A stretch of DNA of 64,000 nucleotides from Candidatus Methylomirabilia bacterium (GCA_046758965.1 JBHIBG010000003.1:13829-77828), one strand, 5' to 3'. Positions 30,434 to 40,931 are shown, counted from the first letter of the stretch. The notes: a model not told the origin generated them from the sequence alone. Numbers and translations: made by a program.

Positions 30434-31528
30434 TTAGCCCACGTGCTGGGAGATGTTCAAGAGCAGCCCCGCCGCCACCATCGTCGTCAGGAGTGCCGAG
30501 CCGCCGAAGGAGACAAACGGCAACGGCAACCCCGTCGTGGGAAGCAGGCCGGTCACCACGCCGAGGTTGATGAGCGTCTGGCAGGCGAGGAACACCGTCA
30601 GGCCGAGCGCCAGGTAGGCGGCAAAGGGATCAGGCGCGCGGAGGCCGACCCGCACCCCCCGCCAGATCAGGACCATGAACAGCCCCACCACCGCCAGGGC
30701 GCCGATGAAGCCCAGCTCCTCCCCGATGATGGCGAACATGAAGTCGGTATGAGGCTCGGGGAGGTAGAAGAGCTTCTGCTTGGAGGCCCCGAGCCCATGC
30801 CCGAACCAGCCGCCCGACCCCAGGGCCAGGTAGGACTGGATGATCTGAAATCCGCTCCCGAGCGGATCAGCCCAGGGGTCCAGGAAGGAGACGACACGCT
30901 TCAAGCGGTAGGGCGCGGAGGCGACCGCCATGACCACCAGCGGCAGCGCTGAGACGGCCAGAAGGGCCATCTGCGAGAGCCGGACACCGGCCAGGAAGAG
31001 GAGTGCCAGGACGACGGCGAGGAGCGTCAGGCTGGAGCCGAGGTCTGGCTGGAGCAGCAAAAGCCCGGCCATGGCCCCCGTCACCGCGAGCGGCGGAAGG
31101 AGCCCGGTCCAGAAGCTGTGAAGCCCCACTGGGCGGCGGCTCAAGGAGAAGGCTAGGAATGAGACAAACGCCAGCTTGGCCAGCTCGGCCGGCTGGAAGG
31201 AGACCGGTCCCCACCTGATCCAACGCCGCGTGCCGTTGATCTCCTGGCCGAATAGAGGGATGAGCACCACGATCAAGAGCGCCAAGGACAGCACGAGCAG
31301 CGGCACCACGGCCGGCTCGAGCCGCCGGTAGTCGACGATCAACGCGGCCCAGAGGCCAGCGAAGCCGACAAGCGCCCAGAGGAGCTGCTTCTTCAGGAAG
31401 AAATACGGGTCCCCGAATCGGTCGGCGGCCACGATGGCGCTCCCCGAGTAGACCATGACCACCCCGAGGGAGACCAGCGCCACGACGGAGCCGAAGAGCC
31501 ACAGATCGGGTGTGAGTTTCCTCGGCAT
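30434..31528 (-). CDS. ftsW: peptidoglycan glycosyltransferase FtsW (SEDS family)
   Basis: 364-aa polytopic membrane protein with SEDS-family conservation. Confidence 0.9.
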   Translation of the reverse strand: MPRKLTPDLWLFGSVVALVSLGVVMVYSGSAIVAADRFGDPYFFLKKQLLWALVGFAGLWAALIVDYRRLEPAVVPLLVLSLALLIVVLIPLFGQEINGTRRWIRWGPVSFQPAELAKLAFVSFLAFSLSRRPVGLHSFWTGLLPPLAVTGAMAGLLLLQPDLGSSLTLLAVVLALLFLAGVRLSQMALLAVSALPLVVMAVASAPYRLKRVVSFLDPWADPLGSGFQIIQSYLALGSGGWFGHGLGASKQKLFYLPEPHTDFMFAIIGEELGFIGALAVVGLFMVLIWRGVRVGLRAPDPFAAYLALGLTVFLACQTLINLGVVTGLLPTTGLPLPFVSFGGSALLTTMVAAGLLLNISQHVG

Positions 31529-32937
31529 CAGTAGTCCGAAAGCGCGTGAACGAGGCTCTCGAAGACCCGCCCGCGCTCCTCGAAGTTCTCGAACATGTCA
31601 AACGAGGCGCATGCGGGCGAGAGCAGCACGACCTCCCCGGGCTCGGCCGCCGCGCGCGCCCCGCGCACCGCCTGCTCCAGGGAGTCGGCGCCCTCCGTTC
31701 GCACCCCTGCCCGCTCGAGCGCCGGCTTGATCTTCTCCCGGTCCTCGCCGATCAGGATGGCCAGGCGGACACGGCCGCGCGCCGCCTCGGCCAGCGAGGC
31801 GAACTCCTGGCCCTTGCCTCGCCCTCCGGCGATGAGAATAATGGGCTCGGAGAAGCTCTCCAGGGCCCTGACGGTGGAGACCACGTTAGTCCCCTTGGAG
31901 TCGTTGTAATACGCCACCCCCCGCACCTCCCGGACCCATGCGAGACGGTGCTCCACCCCGCGGAAGGCGGCGATGGCCCGGCGGATCGAGGCGGAGGGCA
32001 CCCCCGTCCAGAGGGCGCAGGCGGTGGCAGCCAGCACATTCTCCACGTTGTGCTGACCCCGGAGAAAGATCTCGGAGAGCGGGCAGATCCGCTCCGCCAA
32101 CCCGTTCAGTCTCGCCACGATCCAGCCGTCCTGGCAGTAGACGCCGCGCTCCAGTCGGCGCTGGCGGCTGAAGAGGACCACCTGGGCGCGGGCCCGTGAG
32201 GCCAGCACCACGCTCTGCGCGTCGTCAGCATTGAGGATCGCGTAGTCCTGGGCGGTCTGGTTCTCGAGGATCCGGGACTTGGCGGCTGCGTAAGCGGCAA
32301 AGGTCCCGTGACGGTCCAGGTGATCTGGCACCAGGTTCAGGATCACCGCGGTGCGTGGGTGGAAGGCCTCGATGGTTTCAAGCTGGAAGCTCGAGACCTC
32401 CGCCACGATGATCCCGTCAGAGGGAAACTCCAGGACGTGGGCTGCGATCGGCGTGCCGATGTTGCCCGCGATCAGCACGGGACGGACCTGATCGCGGAGG
32501 AGCGCCCCGGTGAGCGCCGTGGTGGTGGTCTTGCCATTCGTCCCCGTGATGGCGATGATGTCGGCCTCCGTCGCCCGCCAGGCCAGCTCTAGCTCTCCGA
32601 TGATCCGGATGCCCCGCTGCCGGACGGGCGCCAGGGCCTGGTGCTCACAAGCGACCCCGGGGCTCACCACAACCAGTTCAGCCGCCTCGAAGGCCTCAGG
32701 GGGGTGGCCGCCCGCGTAGAGTCGGACGCCGGCAGCGCTGAGCGCCTGCGCGTCAGCCGGGAGCGCGCTCAGAGGCTTGGCGTCGGTGGCGGCGACGCGG
32801 GCGCCGAGCGTCAGGAGAAGTCGGCAGGCCGCCACGCCGCTCCGGGCGAGCCCCACGACCGTAACCCTGCGCCCCTTGAGCCACTCCCGGTACACGGTGC
32901 CCCTCTCGCTCATCTGTTCAAGCAGCGCTGGAGCCAT
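31528..32937 (-). CDS. murD: UDP-N-acetylmuramoylalanine--D-glutamate ligase
   Basis: 469-aa Mur ligase with motif GTNGKTTTT. It has the MurD N-terminal Rossmann-like domain. Confidence 0.9.
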   Translation of the reverse strand: MAPALLEQMSERGTVYREWLKGRRVTVVGLARSGVAACRLLLTLGARVAATDAKPLSALPADAQALSAAGVRLYAGGHPPEAFEAAELVVVSPGVACEHQALAPVRQRGIRIIGELELAWRATEADIIAITGTNGKTTTTALTGALLRDQVRPVLIAGNIGTPIAAHVLEFPSDGIIVAEVSSFQLETIEAFHPRTAVILNLVPDHLDRHGTFAAYAAAKSRILENQTAQDYAILNADDAQSVVLASRARAQVVLFSRQRRLERGVYCQDGWIVARLNGLAERICPLSEIFLRGQHNVENVLAATACALWTGVPSASIRRAIAAFRGVEHRLAWVREVRGVAYYNDSKGTNVVSTVRALESFSEPIILIAGGRGKGQEFASLAEAARGRVRLAILIGEDREKIKPALERAGVRTEGADSLEQAVRGARAAAEPGEVVLLSPACASFDMFENFEERGRVFESLVHALSDY

Positions 32938-32960
32938 TCACCCCGCCTCCCCCGGCAGCC

Positions 32961-34040
32961 CTACCTGAGCTTCAGGGTGGCCAGGGCCAGGAGCGCCAGC
33001 GCAAAGGAGACGATCCAGAAGCGCACGATGATCTTCGGCTCTGACCAGCCGGCCAGTTCGTAGTGGTGATGGAGGGGTGCCATGCGCAGGAGGCGCTTGC
33101 CCGTCAGCTTGAAGCCAACCACCTGGACGATCACCGAGGCCGCCTCGACCACGTAGAGCCCGCCGATCAACGGCAGCAGGAGCTCCGACTTGGTGAGCAC
33201 CGCCATCATCCCCATGGCGCCGCCGACGGCCAGTGACCCCACATCCCCCATGAAGACCTGGGCCGGATAGCTGTTGAACCAGAGGAACCCGAGCGAGGCG
33301 CCCACCAGGGCCCCGCAGAAAATCGTGAGCTCCCCGGCGCCCTTGACGTTGGGAATCAGGAGGTAGTCGGCGGCCTTGAAGTTCCCCGTGAGGTAGGCCA
33401 GGACGGTGAACGCCCCGGCGGCCATGATGACCGGGCCGATCGCCAGGCCGTCCAGCCCATCGGTCAGGTTCACCGCATTCGAGGCGCCCACGATCACCAG
33501 GATCGCAACGGGAATCCAGAACCAGCCCAGCGTGATCAGCCACCCTTTGAGGAAAGGAACCACGAGCGTGGTGGAGAAGCCAGCAGGCGGGAAGAGGTAG
33601 AGAGCGGTGAGCAGGGCGCCGACAAGCACGATCTGGAAGCCGAACTTCCGAGCGGCCGAGATCCCCTTCCCGGTCCGGAGCTTCCGGTAGTCGTCCACAA
33701 ACCCGATGCACCCCAAGCCGGCCGTGGAGAGGAGGATCATCCAGACATAGCGGTTCTGCAGATTGACCCAGAGGAGCGTGGAAACCATGAGGGCACAGAG
33801 GATCAGAATCCCGCCCATGGTAGGGGTCCCGGCCTTGGCACGGTGGCTGGGCGGCGTGTCCTCCCGGATCGTCTCCCCGTCCGACTGAAACTGCCGGAGC
33901 TTTTCGATCAACCACGGCCCCACGAGGAAGGAGAGAAGCAGGGCTGTCAGGGTCGCCAGGGCTGTCCGGAACGTGATATAGCGGAAGACGTTGAAGACCA
34001 CGTGTTCCGAGGCGAGCGGCACGAGGAGGTAGTAGAGCAT
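32961..34040 (-). CDS. mraY: phospho-N-acetylmuramoyl-pentapeptide transferase
   Basis: 359-aa protein with full-length MraY similarity, including the DD and HHH motifs. Confidence 0.95.
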   Translation of the reverse strand: MLYYLLVPLASEHVVFNVFRYITFRTALATLTALLLSFLVGPWLIEKLRQFQSDGETIREDTPPSHRAKAGTPTMGGILILCALMVSTLLWVNLQNRYVWMILLSTAGLGCIGFVDDYRKLRTGKGISAARKFGFQIVLVGALLTALYLFPPAGFSTTLVVPFLKGWLITLGWFWIPVAILVIVGASNAVNLTDGLDGLAIGPVIMAAGAFTVLAYLTGNFKAADYLLIPNVKGAGELTIFCGALVGASLGFLWFNSYPAQVFMGDVGSLAVGGAMGMMAVLTKSELLLPLIGGLYVVEAASVIVQVVGFKLTGKRLLRMAPLHHHYELAGWSEPKIIVRFWIVSFALALLALATLKLR

Positions 34041-34043
34041 CTC

Positions 34044-35435
34044 TCATTCGCCTCCTCCCAGCCTGGCTACCAACGCATGCACCACGCGCTCCATCCGCAT
34101 CGCCCGCGACCCCTTCACCAGCAACGTATCACCGGGGGCCAGCCGTTTCATGAGCCGCCCCACGAGAGCCTCGGCGTTCTCGCTCCGGTGACTCTCCCCA
34201 AGGCCGGCCTCCAGGGCCTCCTCCACAGCGAACCGCATGAGGGGCCCCATCCCGATGAACTCGGCAACCCCCAGGGTGGCCACCTGCCGGCCGACCTCGC
34301 GGTGGGCGGCCTCAGCAAGCGGCCCCAGTTCCAGCATATCCCCGAGAGCGACGAGAAGCCGCACGCTCCCTTCCTTCTGAGCGCCGAGGGTAGCCAGCGC
34401 TGCACGCACCGATGCGGGGTTGGCATTGTAGGTGTCGTCCAGGATCCGGATCTCGCCCGCCCTCCGCCAGATCAGACGCCCCCGGGCGGGCCGGGCAGCC
34501 TCAAGCCCCCCGGCGATCTCCTCAAGGGAAAGTCCGACCGCGATCCCCGCTCCTGCGCTGGCCAGGGAGTTGACCACATTGTGGCGCCCCGAGAAGGCGA
34601 GGCGCACGGGGAGCTGCTGGCCGCGGATCTCGAGGGTGAAGGCGAGCCCTTCATGATCCTCCCGGATCTCTCCCGCCGCTCGCACTTCCGCCTCGGGACC
34701 GGTCCCGACGGTGACGACCCTGCCCCGGGCCTCGCCAGCCATCGCCCGCACCCACGGGTCATCCCAGTTCAGGACCACGCTCCCTTCCGTCGGGATCGCC
34801 CGCACCAGCGAAGCCTTCTCGCGCTGAACGCCCTCCAGGTTCTGGAAGAACTCGGTGTGCGCCGCTGACACCGAAGTCACCACCCCGACGGTGGGACGCG
34901 CCAGCTCGGTGAGGGAGGCGATCTCCCCGACTCTGCTGGCCCCGAGCTCCACCACCAGCGCCTGGTGCCCTGCGGAAAGACCGAGGAGCGTGAGTGGGAG
35001 CCCCCACTGGTTGTTGAAGCTCCCCACCGGCTTAAGCACCGTCCATCGGCGCTCGAGAACCGCCGCGATCATCTCCTTCACAGTGGTCTTCCCGTTCGAG
35101 CCGGTCACCGCCACCACCGGGATGCTGAACCGGCTTCGGTGATAGGCGGCCAGCCGGCCCAGCGCGTTCGTGGTCTCGTCCACCAGCACCACCGGCGCCC
35201 CGCCCGGGAGCGCGTCGGTCAGATGATGAACGATCAAGCAGGAGGCTCCGCGCGCCGCCGCTTCCACGACGTAGTCGTGACCGTCCAGGCGATGGCCCCG
35301 GACCGCAAAGAAGGCCTCACCCACACGCAGGGTCCGGCTGTCGATTGACACCCCCCTCACGGGCACGGCCAGGTCTCCCTGAATCAGGGCACCCTGGGTG
35401 GTGCGAACAATGTCCAGCACCGTGAACGGCGGCAT
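34044..35435 (-). CDS. murF: UDP-N-acetylmuramoyl-tripeptide--D-alanyl-D-alanine ligase
   Basis: 463-aa Mur ligase with motif GSNGKTT. Confidence 0.9.
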   Translation of the reverse strand: MPPFTVLDIVRTTQGALIQGDLAVPVRGVSIDSRTLRVGEAFFAVRGHRLDGHDYVVEAAARGASCLIVHHLTDALPGGAPVVLVDETTNALGRLAAYHRSRFSIPVVAVTGSNGKTTVKEMIAAVLERRWTVLKPVGSFNNQWGLPLTLLGLSAGHQALVVELGASRVGEIASLTELARPTVGVVTSVSAAHTEFFQNLEGVQREKASLVRAIPTEGSVVLNWDDPWVRAMAGEARGRVVTVGTGPEAEVRAAGEIREDHEGLAFTLEIRGQQLPVRLAFSGRHNVVNSLASAGAGIAVGLSLEEIAGGLEAARPARGRLIWRRAGEIRILDDTYNANPASVRAALATLGAQKEGSVRLLVALGDMLELGPLAEAAHREVGRQVATLGVAEFIGMGPLMRFAVEEALEAGLGESHRSENAEALVGRLMKRLAPGDTLLVKGSRAMRMERVVHALVARLGGGE

Positions 35436-35443
35436 AGACCTCC

Positions 35444-36943
35444 CTATGGCAAACGCTCCGCCAGGATCTGCCGGGCCACAGCCCGGTCGTCAAAGGGGAA
35501 CAGTTCGGAGTCGACGATCTGGTAGGTTTCGTGGCCCTTCCCGGCGATCAGGACTGTGTCGCCAGGCCGGGCCCACGCGAGGGCTTCTCGGATCGCGGCA
35601 CCCCTGTCCGCGATCATAGCATACCGGGTGGAGTCGGGCCAGGCGCGGCTCACCCCTACGGCGATCTCCTTGATGATGGCGTCAGGATCCTCGCTCCTCG
35701 GGTTGTCAGAGGTGATCCATGCCCGGTCCGAGCCCCTCGCGGCAATCTCCCCCATGATCGGGCGCTTCCCCCGGTCCCGGTCGCCTCCACACCCGAACAC
35801 GACGGCGAGCCGTCCCCTGGTGAGTTTCCGCGCAGAGGCCAGCACGCGCTCCAGGGCATCGGGGGTGTGGGCGTAGTCCACCACGACCAAGAAGGGCTGG
35901 CCGGCCTCCACGCGCTCGAACCGGCCGGGGACCGACGCCACGCTTCCCAGCGCCTTCGCGACGGCCCGAGGCTCAAGCCTGAGCGCCACGCCGACGCCCA
36001 TGGCCGCCAGCAGGTTCATGACGTTATGCTCCGCGACCAGGCTCGAGCGGATCGTGGCGCCCCCCTGCGGCGTTTCGATCTCCATCCTGATCCCGTCCAG
36101 CCCCGCGCTGAAGGCGCCGGGCTTGACCTGGGCGGAGGGGCCGAGACCGACGGTGACCGTAGGGAGTGAGAGGCCCGCCACCATGGGGGGGCCGGCGGGA
36201 TCGTCCACGTTGATGACCGCGCACCGCGTCGTCTTCTTCGAGGCCGCCAGCAGGGTGAAGAAGCGCGCCTTAGCCTGACGGTAGGCCTCCAAGGTCTTGT
36301 GGAAGTCCAGATGGTCTTGCGTCAGGTTGGTGAAGACCGCCACGTCGAAATCAACCCCATCCACCCGGCGGAGCGCGAGCGCGTGGGAGGAGACCTCCAT
36401 GGCCACGCCCTGGACCCTCTCCTGCACCATCCGCGCCAGGAGGGCCTGCAGGTCGAGGGCCTCGGGGGTGGTCTGGTTTGCGTGGAGCGCTTGGTTCCCC
36501 ACCCGGTGCTGGATCGTTCCCACCACGCCGGTCTTCAACCCCGCCGCCCTGAGCAGTGCCTCCACCAGATACGCGGTGGTGGTCTTCCCGTTGGTGCCGG
36601 TGATCCCCACGAGCAGGAGCGCTCCAGACGGATGACCGAAATAGGCATCAGCCAGCTGGGCGAGGGCCTCGCGAGCAGAAGGGACGAGGACGCGGGCTGT
36701 TTTGCTCCCGGGCAGCGGATCGTCCCCCTCCGTCAGCACAACGGCCGCCCCTCTGGAGACGGCCTCGGCGATGAACCGCCTGCCATCTTCACGGAACCCT
36801 GGCACGGCGACGAACATCTCCCCCGCCTTCACCTGGCGCGAGTCCGAGGTGAGACCGCTCAAGCTGGCCGGCAGCCGCCCCAACACCGTCTTTGCCTCGA
36901 GGCTGTCGAGCAGCCTTCGCGCGGGGACAACCCGGTCTCTCAT
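35444..36943 (-). CDS. murE: UDP-N-acetylmuramoyl-L-alanyl-D-glutamate--2,6-diaminopimelate ligase
   Basis: 499-aa Mur ligase with motif GTNGKTTT. The DNPR motif is consistent with meso-DAP-adding enzymes. Confidence 0.9.
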   Translation of the reverse strand: MRDRVVPARRLLDSLEAKTVLGRLPASLSGLTSDSRQVKAGEMFVAVPGFREDGRRFIAEAVSRGAAVVLTEGDDPLPGSKTARVLVPSAREALAQLADAYFGHPSGALLLVGITGTNGKTTTAYLVEALLRAAGLKTGVVGTIQHRVGNQALHANQTTPEALDLQALLARMVQERVQGVAMEVSSHALALRRVDGVDFDVAVFTNLTQDHLDFHKTLEAYRQAKARFFTLLAASKKTTRCAVINVDDPAGPPMVAGLSLPTVTVGLGPSAQVKPGAFSAGLDGIRMEIETPQGGATIRSSLVAEHNVMNLLAAMGVGVALRLEPRAVAKALGSVASVPGRFERVEAGQPFLVVVDYAHTPDALERVLASARKLTRGRLAVVFGCGGDRDRGKRPIMGEIAARGSDRAWITSDNPRSEDPDAIIKEIAVGVSRAWPDSTRYAMIADRGAAIREALAWARPGDTVLIAGKGHETYQIVDSELFPFDDRAVARQILAERLP

Positions 36944-38910
36944 TACTGACGTCCCGTCGGCGGGGCGAGATCAAGCCGGCAGCGCATTCCCCGCTCGATC
37001 CGGACTCCTGCGGCAGGCTTCTGGGCCACGACCACTCCCCCTCCATGGATCTCCACCTGCATCTCGTACGCCGCCAGCGCTGCGAGGGCCAGACGGAGCG
37101 GCTTCCCGACGAGGGAAGGCATCCGCGGCCACTCCGCGTTCCAGGTGCCCGACTCGGCGCGCGAAACAGGAATCACCAACCCGGCCGGAAGGCTGCGCAC
37201 GATCTGGACCGGCGCCGTGTCACGGGGCGGCACATTGAGGTATTCGAGCGTCGCACGCCCGATGGCCGAGAAGATCGGGGCCGCCACCTCGCTCCCCCAG
37301 CGGGCGTTGGCAGGTTCGTCCACGAGAACCAACATCGCCACTCGCGGCTCCTCGGCCGGAGCAAATCCCACGAAGGAGAGGACTCCCGGTTTTCGGGAGT
37401 AGCGCCTCGTGACGGGGTCCAGCTTCTGGGCCGTGCCGGTCTTCCCCGCCACATCGTACCCCCGGATAGCAGCGTTCTGGCCCGTGCCCTCCCTCACCAC
37501 CCGGGTCAGGATCCGGGTGAGCGCCCGACTCGTGGCCGGAGAGACGACCCGCCGGATCACGCGGGGTTCGAAGACCCCGAGAGGTAACCCGTCAGCATCC
37601 AGGAGGGTGCGTACCACCTGAGGCTGGAGCAGCTCGCCCCCGTTGGCCACAGCGGCGAACGCCATGACCATCTGGAGCGGGGTCACCGAGATTTCATGGC
37701 CGATCGACAGCGCCGCCAGCGAGAGCTTGGACCATCGCGAGAGGCTCCAGACTCTGCCCCGGCTCTCCCCGGGCAGCCCGAGGCCGGAGAGGCTCCCGAA
37801 GCCGAACTTGCCGATGTACCGGGAGAACCGTTCCCCCCCGAGCGCCACGCCCACCTTGACTGCGCCGACGTTGGAGGAGCGCTGGAGAACCTCGGAGAAG
37901 GTGAGCCAGCCATACCGTTTCCAGTCGTGGATCACGGTGTTGGCCACGGTGATGGCCCCTTGCTCCGCGTAGACCAGGTCACCGGGCCTCACCACACCTT
38001 CCTCGAGGGCGGCGGCAGCCAGCACCACCTTGAAGATAGAGCCCGGTTCGAAGGGATCGGTAATGGCGCGGTTTCGCCACTCGGCCGGTCTGGCCTTCAC
38101 GAAGCTGTTCGGGTTGAAGGTGGGACGAATCGCCACGGCGAGCAGCTCGCCGGTCCGAGGTTCCACCATCACCGCCATGGCGACCTTCGCCTTGGTCCTG
38201 CGCCAGACCAGGTCGATTTCTCTCTCCGCCAGGTACTGGATGGTCGAGTCCAAGGTGAGCTGGACGCCCCGGCCGCGGACAGAAGGCTTCAGCACCGAGA
38301 GCCTCCCGCTCACCTCGCGCCCCCGCGCGTCGCGCTCCACGAGCGCGAGGCCCGGCCGACCAGCGAGGTGATGGTCCCACGCCAGCTCGACCCCCTCGAG
38401 CCCGTGGTCGTCCACTCCCACGAAGCCAAGCACATGCGCGGCCAATCCCCGGTTCGGGTAGAGCCTGAGGGAGTCTTGAACCAGGCCGAGCCCGGGCTCC
38501 ACCAGGCCGCGCAGCGACCGCGCAACCGAGGGCGGGAGCTTCCGCTTCACCCAGATAAAAGGCCGGTCGGTCGCGAGGCGTTTGGCAATCGCCCGCGCGG
38601 ACTCCCCGAGCAGGGGTGCCAACAGCTGCGCCAGCCGGGCGGGATCCTCGATCCTGGCGGGGTGCGCGTAGAGGGACTCGGTAGTGACTGACACCCCCAG
38701 CGGGCGGCCGTTCCGATCCACGATGGGGCCGCGCTTGGGCCTGAGCGCAATGGTCTTCGAGCGCTGCGCCTCCGCCAGGCGGGAGAGCTCATCGTGCTGG
38801 AAAATCTGGAGCGCGACGAGTCGGATGAGCAGGCCGAGGAAGGCGCAAGCCAGAACGGTCGCGAGGACGAGCACCCGAGAGCGGGAGGGACCGATCGAGC
38901 TCTCAGTCAT
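36943..38910 (-). CDS. ftsI: penicillin-binding protein (FtsI/PBP3-type transpeptidase) with C-terminal PASTA domain
   Basis: N-terminal TM helix, PBP dimerisation domain, transpeptidase motifs (SxxK, SxN, KTG), and a C-terminal PASTA-like segment. Confidence 0.9.
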   Translation of the reverse strand: MTESSIGPSRSRVLVLATVLACAFLGLLIRLVALQIFQHDELSRLAEAQRSKTIALRPKRGPIVDRNGRPLGVSVTTESLYAHPARIEDPARLAQLLAPLLGESARAIAKRLATDRPFIWVKRKLPPSVARSLRGLVEPGLGLVQDSLRLYPNRGLAAHVLGFVGVDDHGLEGVELAWDHHLAGRPGLALVERDARGREVSGRLSVLKPSVRGRGVQLTLDSTIQYLAEREIDLVWRRTKAKVAMAVMVEPRTGELLAVAIRPTFNPNSFVKARPAEWRNRAITDPFEPGSIFKVVLAAAALEEGVVRPGDLVYAEQGAITVANTVIHDWKRYGWLTFSEVLQRSSNVGAVKVGVALGGERFSRYIGKFGFGSLSGLGLPGESRGRVWSLSRWSKLSLAALSIGHEISVTPLQMVMAFAAVANGGELLQPQVVRTLLDADGLPLGVFEPRVIRRVVSPATSRALTRILTRVVREGTGQNAAIRGYDVAGKTGTAQKLDPVTRRYSRKPGVLSFVGFAPAEEPRVAMLVLVDEPANARWGSEVAAPIFSAIGRATLEYLNVPPRDTAPVQIVRSLPAGLVIPVSRAESGTWNAEWPRMPSLVGKPLRLALAALAAYEMQVEIHGGGVVVAQKPAAGVRIERGMRCRLDLAPPTGRQ

Positions 38911-38937
38911 ACTCGGTCGGGCGCTCCACCCTCAATG

Positions 38938-39264
38938 TCACGGAACTCGTGGGACGCCAAGCGCGGAGACCTCCCAGGCCGTCTGGGGCGCACTGCCAGG
39001 AACGACAAACTCCCGCGCCAGCCTCAGCTGATCGGGGGCCGGCGGGCCCATCCCCAGCTCTGCGCGCGCCTTCAGCTCGATCCGCCGCAACGAGCCGAGC
39101 GTGGCGAGTTCCACCCGGAGCTGGCGATTCAGCTCCTCCAGCTCACCTCTGGCCGCCCGCAACTCCTCGAGGCGGTACGAGAGCTGGACAGAGTGAATCT
39201 CCAGCGCCACCACTCCAAGGACTCCGACCACCACGCATGCCGACAGCCCCATCGCCAGCCCCAT
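38938..39264 (-). CDS. ftsL: cell division protein FtsL
   Basis: Small bitopic protein with a TM helix followed by coiled-coil, lying between rsmH and ftsI. The start is uncertain: ATG at 39264 or GTG at 39297. The track ORF extends spuriously to 39570. Confidence 0.55.
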   Translation of the reverse strand: MGLAMGLSACVVVGVLGVVALEIHSVQLSYRLEELRAARGELEELNRQLRVELATLGSLRRIELKARAELGMGPPAPDQLRLAREFVVPGSAPQTAWEVSALGVPRVP

Positions 39265-39313
39265 GGTCCTCAGCCGGCGCCGGTCGCGCTCACGCACGGG
39301 GGAGCCGGAGCGG

Positions 39314-40237
39314 CTACGCGGCGACACGACTGCTCTCCATGCGCTCCAGAACACGGAGCTTGGCGCTTCGGGAGCGGCGATTGGCCCGCACCTCGTCTCG
39401 GCACGGAGTAACGGGGGCCGGCGTGAGCTCGGCAAACGGGCCCGCCGCGAGGCTCTTGAAGATCCGCCGCACCACCCGGTCTTCCCCGGAATGGAAGCTG
39501 ATGACCCCCAGGCGACCGCCCGGCGCCAGCAGTGTCGCAGCCTGAGGAAGCCCCTCAGCCAGCGCCGCAAGCTCGTCGTTCACCGCCATCCTGAGTGCCT
39601 GGAAGGTCCGCGTCGCCACGTGGCTCCGCCGGGGCCACGCGCGTCGCGGCACTGAGGCCTTGACCACCTCAACCAGGTCAGCGGTGGTCCTGATCGGCGC
39701 CGACCCCCGGCGGGCGATAATCCCCCGGGCGATGCGCTGGGCGTGAGGCTCCCCGCCGTACTCCGAGAGGATCCGGACCAGCTCGGCCTGGGAGAGGGTC
39801 CGGAGCAACCGGGCCGCGGTGCGCCCTCCCGACGGATCAACGGACATCTCCAGTGGCTCAACCCGGAGGAACGAGAAGCCTCTCCCGGAGGATTCGATCT
39901 GAGCGGATGAGAGGCCCAGGTCCAGCAGCACGCTCTCGGCTACATCCACCCCCGCCTCCCGCGCGAGGCGACCGAGCTGCCTGAAGTTCCCCTTTCTCAA
40001 CACCACGCGGGCCCCGAACCGGGCGAGGCGAACCTCAGCACGTGCCAGCGCTTCGGCATCCGCATCGATCCCCAAGAGCCTGGTCATTGCCGGGCCGGCC
40101 TCCAGGAGCAGTTCCGCATGTCCACCCTCTCCCACCGTGCCATCCACCACCCATCCTCCGCGCCTGGGTCGCAGGAGAAACAAGACCTCGTCCACGAGCA
40201 CCGGGAGGTGCGCGACCGCCCCCCGGACTTCACCCAT
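39314..40237 (-). CDS. rsmH: 16S rRNA (cytosine1402-N4)-methyltransferase
   Basis: 307-aa SAM-dependent methyltransferase (MraW family). Confidence 0.9.
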   Translation of the reverse strand: MGEVRGAVAHLPVLVDEVLFLLRPRRGGWVVDGTVGEGGHAELLLEAGPAMTRLLGIDADAEALARAEVRLARFGARVVLRKGNFRQLGRLAREAGVDVAESVLLDLGLSSAQIESSGRGFSFLRVEPLEMSVDPSGGRTAARLLRTLSQAELVRILSEYGGEPHAQRIARGIIARRGSAPIRTTADLVEVVKASVPRRAWPRRSHVATRTFQALRMAVNDELAALAEGLPQAATLLAPGGRLGVISFHSGEDRVVRRIFKSLAAGPFAELTPAPVTPCRDEVRANRRSRSAKLRVLERMESSRVAA

Positions 40238-40680
40238 TAGATCCCCATGCCCCCGAGCCTCTCGAGCACCGTCGGGATCTGATCTTGATGCGTCCGGTCA
40301 AACTCCTCGAAGCGGCGCCGGTCCCAGACCTCGAAGTGCAGGAGCCCGCCGCCGACGATGGTCACGTCTTTGACCAGTCCCACCTCGGCGCGACACTCCG
40401 GCGGAAGCTGGATCCGGCCCTGGCGATCCAGGCTCGCATCACGCGCTTTGGAGGTGAAGAGGCGGGCAATAGCCTTGCGCTCGGGACTGAAGGTTGGAAG
40501 CTGGCGCACCTTCTCCTCGACGCGCTGCCATTCTTCCAGCGGATAGACCTCGAGGCAGTGCTCGTTGGGCACCACGATCAGGTTCTCGCCGAAGTGCTCC
40601 AACTGAGCCTCGCGGAATTTGGCGGGAATACTGAGCCGCCCTTTCGGGTCGATCGTGTGATGGAAACGGCCCCGAAACAT
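40237..40680 (-). CDS. mraZ: division/cell wall cluster transcriptional repressor MraZ
   Basis: 147-aa protein with tandem MraZ/SpoVT-AbrB domains (MFRGRFHHTIDPKGRLSIPAKFR). Confidence 0.9.
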   Translation of the reverse strand: MFRGRFHHTIDPKGRLSIPAKFREAQLEHFGENLIVVPNEHCLEVYPLEEWQRVEEKVRQLPTFSPERKAIARLFTSKARDASLDRQGRIQLPPECRAEVGLVKDVTIVGGGLLHFEVWDRRRFEEFDRTHQDQIPTVLERLGGMGI

Positions 40681-40724
40681 GTTCTCCGCTTTATGCCAAC
40701 GATGTCCTGTTCGTGGGGTGTTGA

Positions 40725-40745
40725 TACCACTTCATGGGATTTCAT
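40725..40745. promoter_or_regulatory. candidate operator: inverted repeat TGGGAT-ttc-ATCCCA plus a GTGGGG repeat upstream of mraZ
   Basis: The perfect palindrome and the GTGGG-like repeat were read directly in the mraZ 5' region. MraZ is known to bind GTGGG-type repeats in its own promoter. Confidence 0.25.
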
Positions 40746-40931
40746 CCCACTTTAAGGGGCCATCCTACACAGGCCCGAAAATCGTGTCAAGCGGAAAATG
40801 TTGATTTTTCCACGAAATGCACGACGATCGAGCAGGGGCGATCTCTGGGGGAAGGAGAGCAGGACACCTACAGCGGGTTGAGGAGATGGCGGGAGGAGAG
40901 CCCGGGAGCGAGGGATCTCAGGTGAGGAGGC

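Noticed and set aside
30423-30434. Possible hidden or fused murG between ftsW and murC
   Set aside because: The 10-nt gap cannot hold a gene. FtsW (364 aa) and MurC (468 aa) are normal single-domain lengths.
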